A stretch of 64,000 nt of DNA from positions 1 through 64,000 of the forward strand of contig JAOPTT010000022.1 of NCBI GenBank assembly GCA_051531975.1, given 5' to 3'. A model generated the notes under the pieces. The model was not told the origin of the DNA. It saw only the letters and a program-made list of their open reading frames with translations, and did no database searches. This stretch comes from Spirochaetaceae bacterium. Its GTDB lineage: Bacteria > Spirochaetota > Spirochaetia > DSM-2461. Positions 1 through 9,970 of this stretch are shown here, piece after piece (positions within the stretch are counted from its first letter, which is position 1; every line of letters starts with the position of its first letter). A program made the position numbers and the translations under genes.

Positions 1-312
1 CATAGGTGTTATCTTCGAAAGTTTAAACTAAGCATTAAGATAGTCAAACATTCTCTCTCCGAGAAGTTTGATGTTAGGGTTATTAAACTAGACTTTTTTA
101 TTTATAATCGTTTCTAATTCAATCAAGTTGAATTCATCTAAGCACTAACGCAGCACCATCGTTGCCATATGTGTTATCTTCGAATATTTCAATTAAACTT
201 TAAGATAGTCAAACATTCTCTCTTCGAGAAGTGGGCTAAACATTCTTTGATCAAGAAGTTTAGTGTTAGGGTTATTAAACTAGACTTTTTTTATTTTATA
301 ATCGTTAATCTA
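1..312. repeat. Two degenerate direct repeats (~115-145 bp, offset 165 bp) with internal hairpins
   Basis: 1-115 and 166-312 share gtgttatcttcgaa...ttaagatagtcaaacattctctct(c/t)cgagaagt...tgttagggttattaaactagactttttt; the second copy has an extra ~27-bp hairpin unit. Confidence 0.8.
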
Positions 313-319
313 AATATAT

Positions 320-347
320 AAAACCAACCGATAGGGTTGGTTTTTTT
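320..347 (+). terminator. Intrinsic terminator-like hairpin
   Basis: aaaaccaacc-gatag-ggttggtttt followed by a T run. Confidence 0.6.
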
Positions 348-390
348 GTTTATAAGGTTTAAGTTATTATTAGTTACATAGGGGAAGTAA

Positions 391-1362
391 TTGGATAATA
401 GACTGCATGAGCTAGATTATATTATAAACATTGAAAAATTTCAAAAAATTCAAGATGATATTGCAAAAGCTACAGATATGGCAGTTATTGCAATTGATTA
501 TAAAGGTCATCCTATTACAAAACATAGTGGATGCAGTGATTTTTGTAAAAAAGTTAGAAAAAATATCAAACTAAATATGTTATGTGAAAAATGTGATTCT
601 AGAGGTGGACTTGAAGCTGCGAGAGATCAAAAACCCTATATTTATCTATGCCATTTAGGAGTAGTAGATTTTGCAATTCCTATAATAGTAGATGGGCATT
701 ATCTTGGAGCTTTAATGGCTGGACAAGTTCGTTTACAGAAAGAAGAAAATAATAATAAACTTGAAGATATTTGCAGTAGTAAAGATAAGATTGATCTAGA
801 TTCTATACCTGAATTAAGAGAAATGTATGAACAGTTATATACTTTATCTCTAGAAAAAATAGAAGCAATTGCACAGATGATGAATCATTTAATAAATTAT
901 ATCGTAGGAGAAGCTGTCCTTAAAACTTCACTCTACGAAATTAACCAAAAATTAACAGAACCTAAAAAAAACGAAGAAACACATCTGTATTATCCAATTG
1001 GTGAAACTGAACAAGATAACTCTGTTTATGAAGCCCATAGATATAGTTTATTAAAACCTGCTATTTCCTTTATCCATGAAAAATACAAAGAAAAAATATA
1101 TTTAAACGATATGGCATATAAGTGTAATATAAGTCCAAGTTATTTTAGTAAGATATTCAAAAGAGAATTAGGGGAAAATTTTTCTAATTATGTTAATAAA
1201 GTTAAAGTGGATTATGCAAAAAAAATATTAGAAACAACAAATTTACCAATAATTGATATTTCCTTAGATTTTGGATTTGATGATTGTGGCTATTTTATAA
1301 AAGTATTTAAGAAATTTACAGGTGAAACCCCTGCATCTTATCGAACTCATTTTCATAAATAG
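391..1362 (+). CDS. PocR-sensor/AraC-family transcriptional regulator
   Basis: N-terminal PocR ligand-binding motifs (FCKKVR, CEKCD, YLCHLGVVDFAIPI, GQV) and a C-terminal AraC double HTH (SPSYFSKIFK, GFDDCGYFIKVFKKFTGETP); lies upstream of the glycerol genes. Confidence 0.9.
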   Translation: MDNRLHELDYIINIEKFQKIQDDIAKATDMAVIAIDYKGHPITKHSGCSDFCKKVRKNIKLNMLCEKCDSRGGLEAARDQKPYIYLCHLGVVDFAIPIIVDGHYLGALMAGQVRLQKEENNNKLEDICSSKDKIDLDSIPELREMYEQLYTLSLEKIEAIAQMMNHLINYIVGEAVLKTSLYEINQKLTEPKKNEETHLYYPIGETEQDNSVYEAHRYSLLKPAISFIHEKYKEKIYLNDMAYKCNISPSYFSKIFKRELGENFSNYVNKVKVDYAKKILETTNLPIIDISLDFGFDDCGYFIKVFKKFTGETPASYRTHFHK

Positions 1363-1523
1363 TAATATTATATCCTATAATGACATAATAATACGACTTA
1401 ATCTTACTTTAATTGGCTTTTATAGTTCAATGCCAGATAGATATTTCCATGTAATAATTTTAAATATAGGAGCTTGGTATTATAACATAATGCACTCCTT
1501 AATTTTATTATAGGAGATATCAA

Positions 1524-2606
1524 ATGAAGAAAATTTTAATTTCACCATCAAAATATGTTCAAGACAACGGAGCATTAGCAGATTTAGGGGAGTATGTATT
1601 AGCATATGGTAAGACAGCACTTCTAGTAGCTTCGGCAGATGATCAAGGTAGAGTTCAATCAACTTTAGATGAAGCAACTAAAAAAAACGATTTTAAATTA
1701 GTTTTTGGTGGATTCAACTTAGAATGTACAGATGATGAAGTAGAACGTTTAATAAAAATATGTAATGAAAACAGATGTGAAGTTGTTATTGGTCTAGGTG
1801 GTGGTAAAGCATTAGATACAGCAAAGGCTGTTTCTCATTCAAGGGAAATCCCTGTAATTACTGTACCAACTATAGCATCAACTGATGCTCCTTGTAGTTC
1901 ATTATCTGTTGTATATAATGAAAAAGGTGAATTCCAAGAATATAAATTTTATCGAAGTAACCCCAATTTAGTTTTAGTTGATACTGGAATTATTGCAAAA
2001 GCTCCTACAAGATTTTTAGTTGCAGGAATGGGTGATGCATTATCTACTTATTTTGAAGCAAGAGCTTGTGAGAAATCATTTGCAGACAATATTCCTGGTG
2101 GAAAAAGTACTAAATTAGCTGTTGCAGCAGCAAAATTATGTTATGAAACATTATTAGAAGACTCTTTAAAAGCGGTTGCAGCATCAGATAGTAATGTTGT
2201 TACTCAGGCTTTAGAAAATATTATTGAAGCAAATACTCTATTAAGTGGTATGGGTTTTGAATCATCTGGGTTAGCAGCAGCACACGCTATTCATAATGGA
2301 CTTACAGCATTAGAAGAGACACATCACTTCTTCCATGGAGAGAAAGTATCGTTTGGTACAATTGTACAATTAGTTCTTGAGAATGCACCAAAAGAAGAGT
2401 TAGAAACAGTTCTTACATACTGTAAATCTGTTAATCTTCCTACATGTTTAGGTGATTTAGGTGTTAAAGAGATCACAGATAAAAAAGTTAGAGCTGTTGC
2501 AGAACTTTCATGTGCTGAAAATGAAACTATTCATAATATGCCATTTGTTGTAACAGCTAACGACGTATTTGCAGCTATCTATGCAGCAGACAAGTTAGGG
2601 AGATAA
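1524..2606 (+). CDS. gldA: Glycerol dehydrogenase
   Basis: SPSKYVQ, GLGGGKALD, PTIASTDAPCS, GLAAAHAIHNGLT, HGEKV motifs. Confidence 0.95.
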   Translation: MKKILISPSKYVQDNGALADLGEYVLAYGKTALLVASADDQGRVQSTLDEATKKNDFKLVFGGFNLECTDDEVERLIKICNENRCEVVIGLGGGKALDTAKAVSHSREIPVITVPTIASTDAPCSSLSVVYNEKGEFQEYKFYRSNPNLVLVDTGIIAKAPTRFLVAGMGDALSTYFEARACEKSFADNIPGGKSTKLAVAAAKLCYETLLEDSLKAVAASDSNVVTQALENIIEANTLLSGMGFESSGLAAAHAIHNGLTALEETHHFFHGEKVSFGTIVQLVLENAPKEELETVLTYCKSVNLPTCLGDLGVKEITDKKVRAVAELSCAENETIHNMPFVVTANDVFAAIYAADKLGR

Positions 2607-2607
2607 A

Positions 2608-3606
2608 ATGAAAAAAATTATAAATAAACCTGAAGATTTAGTAGTAGAAATGTGCGAAGGTATGGTTTCAGCACATCCAAATGAACTTACTTTTAAAAAG
2701 AAACACAAATTATTAATAAGAAAAAAATTAAATACTGATAAAGTAATATTGATAAGTGGTGGTGGTTCAGGACACGAGCCAGCACATGCTGGGTATGTTG
2801 GTGAGGGTATGTTAGATGTTGCTGTTTGTGGTGATGTTTTTGCTTCACCTTCTACAATTCAGGTATACAATGCAATTGTTGATACTGAGTCATCTAAGGG
2901 TACTTTATTAATAATTAAAAACTACTCAGGTGACATCATGAACTTTGAAGCTGCAGCAGAAATGGCTGAAGAAGATGATGATATCAAGGTTGAAAAAGTA
3001 TATGTAAACGATGATGTTGCAGTTAAAGATAGTTTATATACTGTTGGTCGTCGTGGAGTAGCTGGATCAGTTTATGTCCATAAGATTGCAGGTGCAGCCG
3101 CTGAAAAGGGTCTTGATTTATTAGAAGTAAAGGCAGTTGCAGAAAAAGTTATTAAAAATGTTAAATCCATTGGTTTTGCTTTAACTTCTTGCACAGTTCC
3201 TGCAAAAGGAACTCCTACATTTGAATTGAAAGATAATGAAATTGAGTTTGGTGTTGGAATACATGGTGAACCAGGTGTTGCTAGACAAGAGATGAAAACA
3301 GCTGACGAATTAGCAGAAGATTGTGTAAATAGATTAATTGTAGATTTACCATTTTCAGAAAATGATGAAGTTGCATTAATGATAAATGGTTTTGGAAGTA
3401 CTCCACTACAAGAACTATATGTATTAAATAATTCTGTTACTAAGTTATTAAAAGATAAAGGAATTAAGATATACGATACAATGGTTGGAAATTATATGAC
3501 TGCATTAGACATGGCAGGGGCTTCTGTTACTTTATTAAAATTAGACGATGAGTTAAAAAGTTACTATGATGCACCAGTTAATACAATTGCAATAAGGAGA
3601 TCTTAA
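2608..3606 (+). CDS. dhaK: Dihydroxyacetone kinase subunit K
   Basis: SGGGSGHEPAHAG, NYSGD, GRRGVAG, GVGIHGEPG. Confidence 0.95.
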   Translation: MKKIINKPEDLVVEMCEGMVSAHPNELTFKKKHKLLIRKKLNTDKVILISGGGSGHEPAHAGYVGEGMLDVAVCGDVFASPSTIQVYNAIVDTESSKGTLLIIKNYSGDIMNFEAAAEMAEEDDDIKVEKVYVNDDVAVKDSLYTVGRRGVAGSVYVHKIAGAAAEKGLDLLEVKAVAEKVIKNVKSIGFALTSCTVPAKGTPTFELKDNEIEFGVGIHGEPGVARQEMKTADELAEDCVNRLIVDLPFSENDEVALMINGFGSTPLQELYVLNNSVTKLLKDKGIKIYDTMVGNYMTALDMAGASVTLLKLDDELKSYYDAPVNTIAIRRS

Positions 3607-4247
3607 TGAATACATTAAATACAAAGACGATAATTGAAATTATTAAAGAAATGGGTGAGATCATTATAAAGAACGAAGTATATTTTTGTGAACTAGATTC
3701 TGTTGCAGGTGACGGTGACTTTGGAATGTCAGTTGCAAAAGGTTTTAAGCAGATTAAAGCTGATTGGGATGATATTTCTAAAGATGATATTGGATCATTT
3801 TTAAAAGATAGCGGAATGATAATAACTGAGTATTGTGGTGGAGCTTCTGGTCCAATTTGGGGTTCAGCATTTAGAAGTGCTGCAAAAAGTGCCAAAGGCA
3901 AAACAGAAGTTACTTTAGCAGAGTTTGCAGAAATGATGGAAGCATCTGTTGCTGGGATACAAAAGCGTGGTAATGCCCAATTAGGAGATAAAACTTTATT
4001 AGATTCACTAATACCAACAGCTGTAGCTTTACGAAAAGCCTCGGTTGAAAATATTGATTTTATTACCGCATTTGATCTAGGAGCTAAAGCTGCAAGAGAT
4101 GGTGCTGAAAAAACTAAATCTATGGTTGCTAAGAAAGGTCGAGCAAGTTATGTTGGTGAAAGAAGTTTAGATCACCCTGATGCAGGAGCTATGGCATTAG
4201 GAATTATATTTACTGAATTACATAAATTTGTAAGTAATATGTCATAA
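3606..4247 (+). CDS. dhaL: Dihydroxyacetone kinase subunit L
   Basis: LDSVAGDGDFG, GGASGP, GDKTLLD, GRASYVGERS, HPDAGA. Confidence 0.95.
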   Translation: MNTLNTKTIIEIIKEMGEIIIKNEVYFCELDSVAGDGDFGMSVAKGFKQIKADWDDISKDDIGSFLKDSGMIITEYCGGASGPIWGSAFRSAAKSAKGKTEVTLAEFAEMMEASVAGIQKRGNAQLGDKTLLDSLIPTAVALRKASVENIDFITAFDLGAKAARDGAEKTKSMVAKKGRASYVGERSLDHPDAGAMALGIIFTELHKFVSNMS

Positions 4248-4253
4248 AAATTT

Positions 4254-4286
4254 ATTAACTGCTGTAGAAAACATACAGCAGTTAAT
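4254..4286 (+). terminator. Terminator-like hairpin after the dha operon
   Basis: attaactgctgta-gaaaaca-tacagcagttaat, perfect 13-bp stem. Confidence 0.7.
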
Positions 4287-4354
4287 ATAATAATTAATAT
4301 ATTGTTAATATTTACCTAATTGATTTTAATTCTGTATTTCTTTAATTTGAATAC

Positions 4355-5710
4355 ATGAATAAAAAAAATATATTAGGTACGGAGAGGATAGATAAACTTC
4401 TCTTTAAAATGTCTATGCCAGCAGTTGTTGGTATGTTAGTTAATTCTTTATATAACGTTGTAGATACAATATTTATAGCCCGAGGTGTTGGAACAGATGC
4501 TATAGGTGGTTTATCTATTGCATTTCCTATACAGATATTAATTATGGCCTTTGGTATGCTTTTTGGTACTGGTGCAGCATCGTTAATATCCAGATCTTTA
4601 GGTGCCGGGGATCATGATACTGCAAATAGAAGTGCTGGTAATGTACTCGTTATCTCTTGTATCGTTGGTGTACTCATAATGATCCCATCAATGATTTTCA
4701 TTGAGCCTCTTTTAAAACTTTTTGGAGCAACAGAATCTCTTTTACCCTATAGTCGAGAATATTTAGAAGTTATTTTAATGGGTGCTCCATTAATCATTTT
4801 TCTAATGGGTGGAAATAATATTGCCAGAGCTGAAGGTAATGCAAAAATCGCAATGGTCTCTATGGTTTTAGGGACAGGACTTAATATAATCTTAGATCCA
4901 ATCTTTATTTTTGCTTTAAATATGGGAATTAGAGGTGCTGCAATAGCAACTGTATTATCTCAATTTATATCTTTTTTATATTTAATGAATTATTTTGTAA
5001 AAGGAAGAAGTTCTCTACATATAAGCAGAAAAACAATGGTATTAAAAGCATCTATATTGGGATCAATAATATCTTTAGGACTAGCATCCTTTATTAGACA
5101 AGCTGGTGGTAGTTTTGTCGCCATTGTTTTAAATAATGTACTTGGTGTTTATGGTGGAGACATTGCAATATCAGCTTTTGGTATCATCAATAGATTATTG
5201 ATGTTTGGTTTAATGCCACTGTTTGGTATCGCACAAGGATTTCAGCCTATAGCTGGATTCAATTATGGTGCAAAGAAATATGATCGGTTATGGGAAGTCC
5301 TTAAACACTCTATGATATATTCAACAATTTTGTGTGTTGCATATTCAGGTATAATTTTTATATTCCCTGAATTTATGTTATCTATCTTTTCTACTGATAA
5401 AGAATTAATAAAATTAGGATCAAATGCAATTATTTATGTGATGATGATGATACCATTTATTGGAGTACAAATTATTGGTTCAATGTTTTTCTTATCAATC
5501 GGGAAAGTAATTCCTTCTTTTATTTTAGGACTAAGCAGGCAAGTTATTTTATTACTGCCATTAATTTTAATACTTCCACCTATTATGGGTATTAAAGGAA
5601 TATGGCTATCTTTTCCTATAGCTGACTTTTTAGCTTTGCTTATTACAGTCGTTTGGCTTTTAGCTCAAATACGAAAAATGAAGAAAATAGATGATACTGT
5701 ATTGACTTAA
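4355..5710 (+). CDS. MATE family efflux transporter (MepA-like)
   Basis: LYNVVDTIF, NIILDPIFIF, GIRGAAIAT, GFNYGAK; ~12 hydrophobic segments. Confidence 0.92.
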   Translation: MNKKNILGTERIDKLLFKMSMPAVVGMLVNSLYNVVDTIFIARGVGTDAIGGLSIAFPIQILIMAFGMLFGTGAASLISRSLGAGDHDTANRSAGNVLVISCIVGVLIMIPSMIFIEPLLKLFGATESLLPYSREYLEVILMGAPLIIFLMGGNNIARAEGNAKIAMVSMVLGTGLNIILDPIFIFALNMGIRGAAIATVLSQFISFLYLMNYFVKGRSSLHISRKTMVLKASILGSIISLGLASFIRQAGGSFVAIVLNNVLGVYGGDIAISAFGIINRLLMFGLMPLFGIAQGFQPIAGFNYGAKKYDRLWEVLKHSMIYSTILCVAYSGIIFIFPEFMLSIFSTDKELIKLGSNAIIYVMMMIPFIGVQIIGSMFFLSIGKVIPSFILGLSRQVILLLPLILILPPIMGIKGIWLSFPIADFLALLITVVWLLAQIRKMKKIDDTVLT

Positions 5711-5730
5711 TACTCGGAATAAACTTTAAT
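5702..5730 (+). promoter_or_regulatory. Sigma70-like promoter for the 5S rRNA
   Basis: TTGACT-17 bp-TTTAAT, a few bp before the 5S start. Confidence 0.55.
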
Positions 5731-5735
5731 GTCAG

Positions 5736-5845
5736 AGTCAGTGATGATAGCTCCAAGGCCACACCCGTTCCCATACCGAACACGGAAGTTAAGCTTGGAT
5801 GCGCCGATGGTACTGCGTTAGTGGGAGAGTAGGTGATCGCTGGCT
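5736..5845 (+). rRNA. rrf: 5S ribosomal RNA (stand-alone)
   Basis: cccataccgaacacggaagttaag, gccgatggtact, gggagagtagg; terminal helix agtcagtgat/atcgctggct. Confidence 0.97.
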
Positions 5846-5857
5846 TTTTTATTTATA

Positions 5858-5883
5858 ACGATTCCGACAAAAGGAGGAATCGT
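5858..5883 (+). terminator. Hairpin downstream of the 5S rRNA
   Basis: acgattcc...ggaatcgt stem. Confidence 0.5.
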
Positions 5884-5900
5884 CTCTCAATAGGTAATAA

Positions 5901-6240
5901 GTGAAACTTAAGTAGGACAAACCACCTGTAAAATCAAGCAGGCTAATATTACATTAAATTATACTTAAAGTAGTTTAAAGACATAAACCATGCAAAGTCA
6001 CACAGCCCAATATCACATTCAATTAAATCTAAACTTAATTAAAACGAGCAACTGTAAAATCATAAAGGCTAACATTACATTAAATTATACTTAAACTAGA
6101 TTAAAGATACAAACTCTACAAAATCAAACAAGCTTATATTACATCCAATTATACTGAAACTAGCTTAAAAACATAAAACCAACAAAATCATGTAACATTA
6201 GATTCAATTCAATTATATTTAAACTAAATTAAGACAAAAA
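5901..6240. repeat. Degenerate tandem array, about 5.5 units of 62-64 bp
   Basis: Anchor AATTA recurs at 5957, 6021, 6083, 6147, 6211; consensus resembles ctgtaaaatca..ggctaatattacattaaattatacttaaactag.ttaaagacataaac. Confidence 0.85.
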
Positions 6241-6263
6241 AAAACCTGCAAAAAAATTGCAGG
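6236..6263 (-). terminator. Intrinsic terminator of the gpsA operon
   Basis: cctgcaa/ttgcagg stem with a T tract on the minus strand. Confidence 0.65.
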
Positions 6264-6285
6264 CTTATTTTATATTCGATTATAT

Positions 6286-7341
6286 CTAAACAAAATTAAC
6301 ATTTAAATATTTTTTAACTTCTTCTTTTGGAGTAGAATTCTTATTTAATATATTCCACACAGTATTTATTATTTCTAATTTTAAACCGTGTTTTTTAGCT
6401 AGTTTATAGGCATGACCAGCTGCAACAGCACCTTCTGGTAGGTATGGTAGTTTGTGTAGATTTGCTATTAAATCATCATAATCTTTAAAATCATCCAGTA
6501 TATTATTTAATATTATATCCCGGCCAAATCTTCTGTTTCTTCCATGAATACTTCTACAAGTAACATCTAAATCTCCAACACCTGCAATTGAAGTAAAAGT
6601 TTCTGGGTGTGTTGCTCCTAAAGCATTACCTAAGGCCATGATTTCATTTAAACCTGCAGCAAGTAGCAATGATTCTGTATTATCACCTATTGTATCTGAA
6701 TGCTCTTTTATAGCGTCTAATACACCAAATGCAATAGCAATTACATTTTTAACTGCTGCACAGATCTGTACTCCAACAACATCAAAACTAGAAAAAACAT
6801 TAACAGATTTACTTGATAACAGTTCTCTAATTTTTATTGAATTCTTAGGATTTTTTGATGCACTAATTAACCCTGTGAATCCACCTGTAGCAACTTCCTC
6901 TGCATGACTTGGACCAGATATATAAACTAGATTATCTCTATAAAAACCAGGTAAATAGTTCTCAATTGTTTCAATAATAAGTTTTGGGTCATCTTTGCTA
7001 GGGATGAAGCCTTTAGCTACAATTCCAATAGTAGTTAAGCCATCTTTAACACAAGGAACATCAATAAGTTTTTTTACACTATCTAATATAAACAGAGATG
7101 GACTTGCAAGTATTAATATTTCTTTTTCAGAAGCCGCATCCATTATTGAAGTAGTAGCAGTAATATTTTTTGGTAATTTAATACCAGGTAAAAATTTTTT
7201 ATTTTCATTCATGGAATTAATTTGATCACAACCTTCTTCATCAAATGACCACATAGTTACATCGATTCCTTTCTCAGCTACTACTTTTGCCAAGGCAGTA
7301 CCAAAAGCTCCTGCACCAATTATTCCAATTTTTTTAACCAA
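6286..7341 (-). CDS. gpsA: NAD(P)H-dependent glycerol-3-phosphate dehydrogenase
   Basis: GAGAFGTALA, SGPSHAEEV, KNVIAIA, AGVGDLDVTC, RNRRFG. Confidence 0.95.
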   Translation of the reverse strand: MVKKIGIIGAGAFGTALAKVVAEKGIDVTMWSFDEEGCDQINSMNENKKFLPGIKLPKNITATTSIMDAASEKEILILASPSLFILDSVKKLIDVPCVKDGLTTIGIVAKGFIPSKDDPKLIIETIENYLPGFYRDNLVYISGPSHAEEVATGGFTGLISASKNPKNSIKIRELLSSKSVNVFSSFDVVGVQICAAVKNVIAIAFGVLDAIKEHSDTIGDNTESLLLAAGLNEIMALGNALGATHPETFTSIAGVGDLDVTCRSIHGRNRRFGRDIILNNILDDFKDYDDLIANLHKLPYLPEGAVAAGHAYKLAKKHGLKLEIINTVWNILNKNSTPKEEVKKYLNVNFV

Positions 7342-7362
7342 TTTAATCTCCTAAGATTGATT

Positions 7363-7806
7363 TTAATCAATCCACTCTTTGTTATTATCATTATATGTCA
7401 ATATTTCTTCAGGTTTAAAGTATATATCAATTTCTCTTGTTGCGCTCTGAATAGAGTCAGATGCATGAATTATATTTCTCATAGAATAACCATAATCTCC
7501 ACGAATTGTACCGGCAGGAGCATCTGGAGCATATGTAGGACCAACAATTGTCCTTAATATTTTTACAGCGTCAATTCCCTCAAGTACCATTACTATTACA
7601 GGTGCTTTGGTCATATAATTCTCTAGACCAGGATAAAAGTCTTGATTAACATGCTCCTGGTAGTGTTTCTTAGATATTTCTGGTGTCATTTTAATCATTT
7701 TCATGGCAACAATCTGAAAACCTTTTTTTTCTAACCTAGAAATTATTTCACCGGCAACTCTTCTCTGAAGAACCCCAGGTTTTATCATTGCAAAAGTTTG
7801 TTCCAC
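7363..7806 (-). CDS. ndk: Nucleoside diphosphate kinase
   Basis: TFAMIKP, GTIRGDYG, NIIHASDS. Confidence 0.97.
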   Translation of the reverse strand: MEQTFAMIKPGVLQRRVAGEIISRLEKKGFQIVAMKMIKMTPEISKKHYQEHVNQDFYPGLENYMTKAPVIVMVLEGIDAVKILRTIVGPTYAPDAPAGTIRGDYGYSMRNIIHASDSIQSATREIDIYFKPEEILTYNDNNKEWID

Positions 7807-7815
7807 ATTATTCTC

Positions 7816-8523
7816 CTATTTATAAGTTAATGAATAAGTATACGTTTTTTGTAATAGAATAAGGTCTATTAGTGGAATATTAAAAGCAGCTAAATTTGAT
7901 TTAATTATTTCACCACCTTCGATATCTAATATGCTTCCATCAACCGAAATTTTTACATCAACAAAAGATGTAATTATATCACTAGGGCCATTATCTCCTA
8001 GGGTAAAACTTGTCATATCTAAATATTCTTCTTTTGTTAGGTCTTGATTAGAGTCAGGACCAATCATATCTATAGTACTATCTTGAAGCATGGGTAAAGT
8101 TTTCTTTAAATATTTATAATTAGCTAATGAGATTTGAATCTTTAATGTTTTTAAGCCATTGTTTTCTGATAATGTAAATATCTGTAACTCTTTAGGTATA
8201 GCCTTAGTTGTATCATTGAATAGATCATTAATATTATCAACTTTAAACTGTCCATTATAAGTATCTTTATTATTTGATGTGATATAAACACTATTTATTG
8301 AATCTTCTTTTTCAAGATCTTTTTTCATTTGATCAACATCGATAATGCTTAAGTCTTGACTATTTTGTATAACAGCCATTTCAGATAGTGTTTCAACTAG
8401 TGATTGTTTATTTTGGACTGAAAACTCTACTTTTGCACTGTTATCTTTATTAATATGTATTTTATGATTAGAAGAACATGAAAAAATTAAGAATGAAAGG
8501 ATTATAGTTAATATTATTTTCAT
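7816..8523 (-). CDS. Putative lipoprotein
   Basis: Signal peptide ending in a lipobox-like IFSC; translationally coupled within the operon. Confidence 0.7.
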   Translation of the reverse strand: MKIILTIILSFLIFSCSSNHKIHINKDNSAKVEFSVQNKQSLVETLSEMAVIQNSQDLSIIDVDQMKKDLEKEDSINSVYITSNNKDTYNGQFKVDNINDLFNDTTKAIPKELQIFTLSENNGLKTLKIQISLANYKYLKKTLPMLQDSTIDMIGPDSNQDLTKEEYLDMTSFTLGDNGPSDIITSFVDVKISVDGSILDIEGGEIIKSNLAAFNIPLIDLILLQKTYTYSLTYK

Positions 8524-9389
8524 TATTTAACTCCATAAAAAGAGATCATTGAACCAAACTCTTTAGAGACATCTTGTTTATTATACAGTATGGACTGGAT
8601 ATTGTATCTAAATATTATACTTTCATCAGTTTTTGTATTAGTTAACATCCATTCGGTTTCTGTATAATGGCCATTAATATAATTAATTTTGTTTGTTTCA
8701 TAAATATAAAGTGGTATTCGACTTTTTTTTGTTAGATAGAATTCTTTTTTTAATATAACAGGTGTATTCGCTGAGATAATATAATCTATTTGAGAGTAAA
8801 TGTTTTCTTTTATCGGCACAATTTTTTTAACATCTTTAGTTATATTATAATTAGAAGCTTCTGGTATTATCTCATCTACTGGGTTTTCCTCGTTTATACT
8901 AGAAACTTTTAAAACAGTGCTATCTGTTATGTCGTTAGTAATTTCTACTACTTTATTTAGTACAGATATTTTGTTACTTCTAATATTCTTAAATTTAAAT
9001 CTAGATGACTTTTCTAATAAAATATAATCCCTGTTTCGAAGTGCATTATTTAAAACATTAAGAGGAATAGGTAAACTGTAGAAAAAATCTTTATCAGTTA
9101 CTTTAGTTTTATCAATGTAAAATAGATCCGTTGTTTCATTAGCTACAATCTTATAGATTTTATTATCTATTTTTATTGATAGGTTATAATGGTTAAATTT
9201 ATTTTTTTCTTTATAAACTGCAAAAACAGTTACAATTTCATTAAACTCTATCTCTCCTTCAGCAAAGAAAGTAGGAACACTGTTTTTGTAATATTCATCA
9301 AAATAACTTTTATCTGAGATACTATCTGCATTAATAAAACAGATAGATAATAATGATATAAAAAATAAAACTATAGTTCTTTTTAGCAT
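8523..9389 (-). CDS. Secreted hypothetical protein
   Basis: N-terminal signal peptide, RBS aagga, coupled to the next gene. Confidence 0.7.
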   Translation of the reverse strand: MLKRTIVLFFISLLSICFINADSISDKSYFDEYYKNSVPTFFAEGEIEFNEIVTVFAVYKEKNKFNHYNLSIKIDNKIYKIVANETTDLFYIDKTKVTDKDFFYSLPIPLNVLNNALRNRDYILLEKSSRFKFKNIRSNKISVLNKVVEITNDITDSTVLKVSSINEENPVDEIIPEASNYNITKDVKKIVPIKENIYSQIDYIISANTPVILKKEFYLTKKSRIPLYIYETNKINYINGHYTETEWMLTNTKTDESIIFRYNIQSILYNKQDVSKEFGSMISFYGVK

Positions 9390-9715
9390 TTTAATCCTTT
9401 TAAAATTACACCTATAATATGTATTTAACTACATAGGTAATTTTAACAATTATAATATCAATAAATAGATAGAAGTAATAGATCTATATATCAATTAATT
9501 TACGTATATAAATTACAATTAAGCAATCTCTTAATAATAACATAATGAATGTGTCTACAACCAGAATATGATGTAACCTATTTTAATTTTTTAATTAGAT
9601 AAAATATTATGTTATAAGTATCAGTTTTACAAATTAAAACACTTTGCTATAATGTTAATTGATATGTATTACATAAAAAAGTAATATGCTATTTCAAACA
9701 AACTAAAGAGGCTTT

Positions 9716-9970
9716 ATGAATAAAGATTTACAATTTCCTATAGTATACGACCTTAGAATTATCTATAGTGGTGAACCACAAAATGGGTTAGATAACATAT
9801 CCCAATTATTAACCGATTTGTGTATCGATTTTAGACCTGGAATTATTAAAGAAGGTGGAAAACCAACATTGTCCAGGTTAGGCTTCAATATTTCATTATC
9901 AAGTAAACAACAAATGGATTCATTATATAATAATTTACAGACAATTCCTGAAGTTAAGTGGGCAACATAA
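9716..9970 (+). CDS. DUF493/YbeD-like ACT-fold protein
   Basis: LQFPIVYDLRII...QMDSLYNNLQTIPEVKW pattern; RBS gagg. Confidence 0.7.
   Translation: MNKDLQFPIVYDLRIIYSGEPQNGLDNISQLLTDLCIDFRPGIIKEGGKPTLSRLGFNISLSSKQQMDSLYNNLQTIPEVKWAT

Noticed and set aside
5901..6240. CRISPR array
   Set aside because: The units are similar along their whole length, with no invariant repeat or unique spacers, and there are no cas genes in the window.
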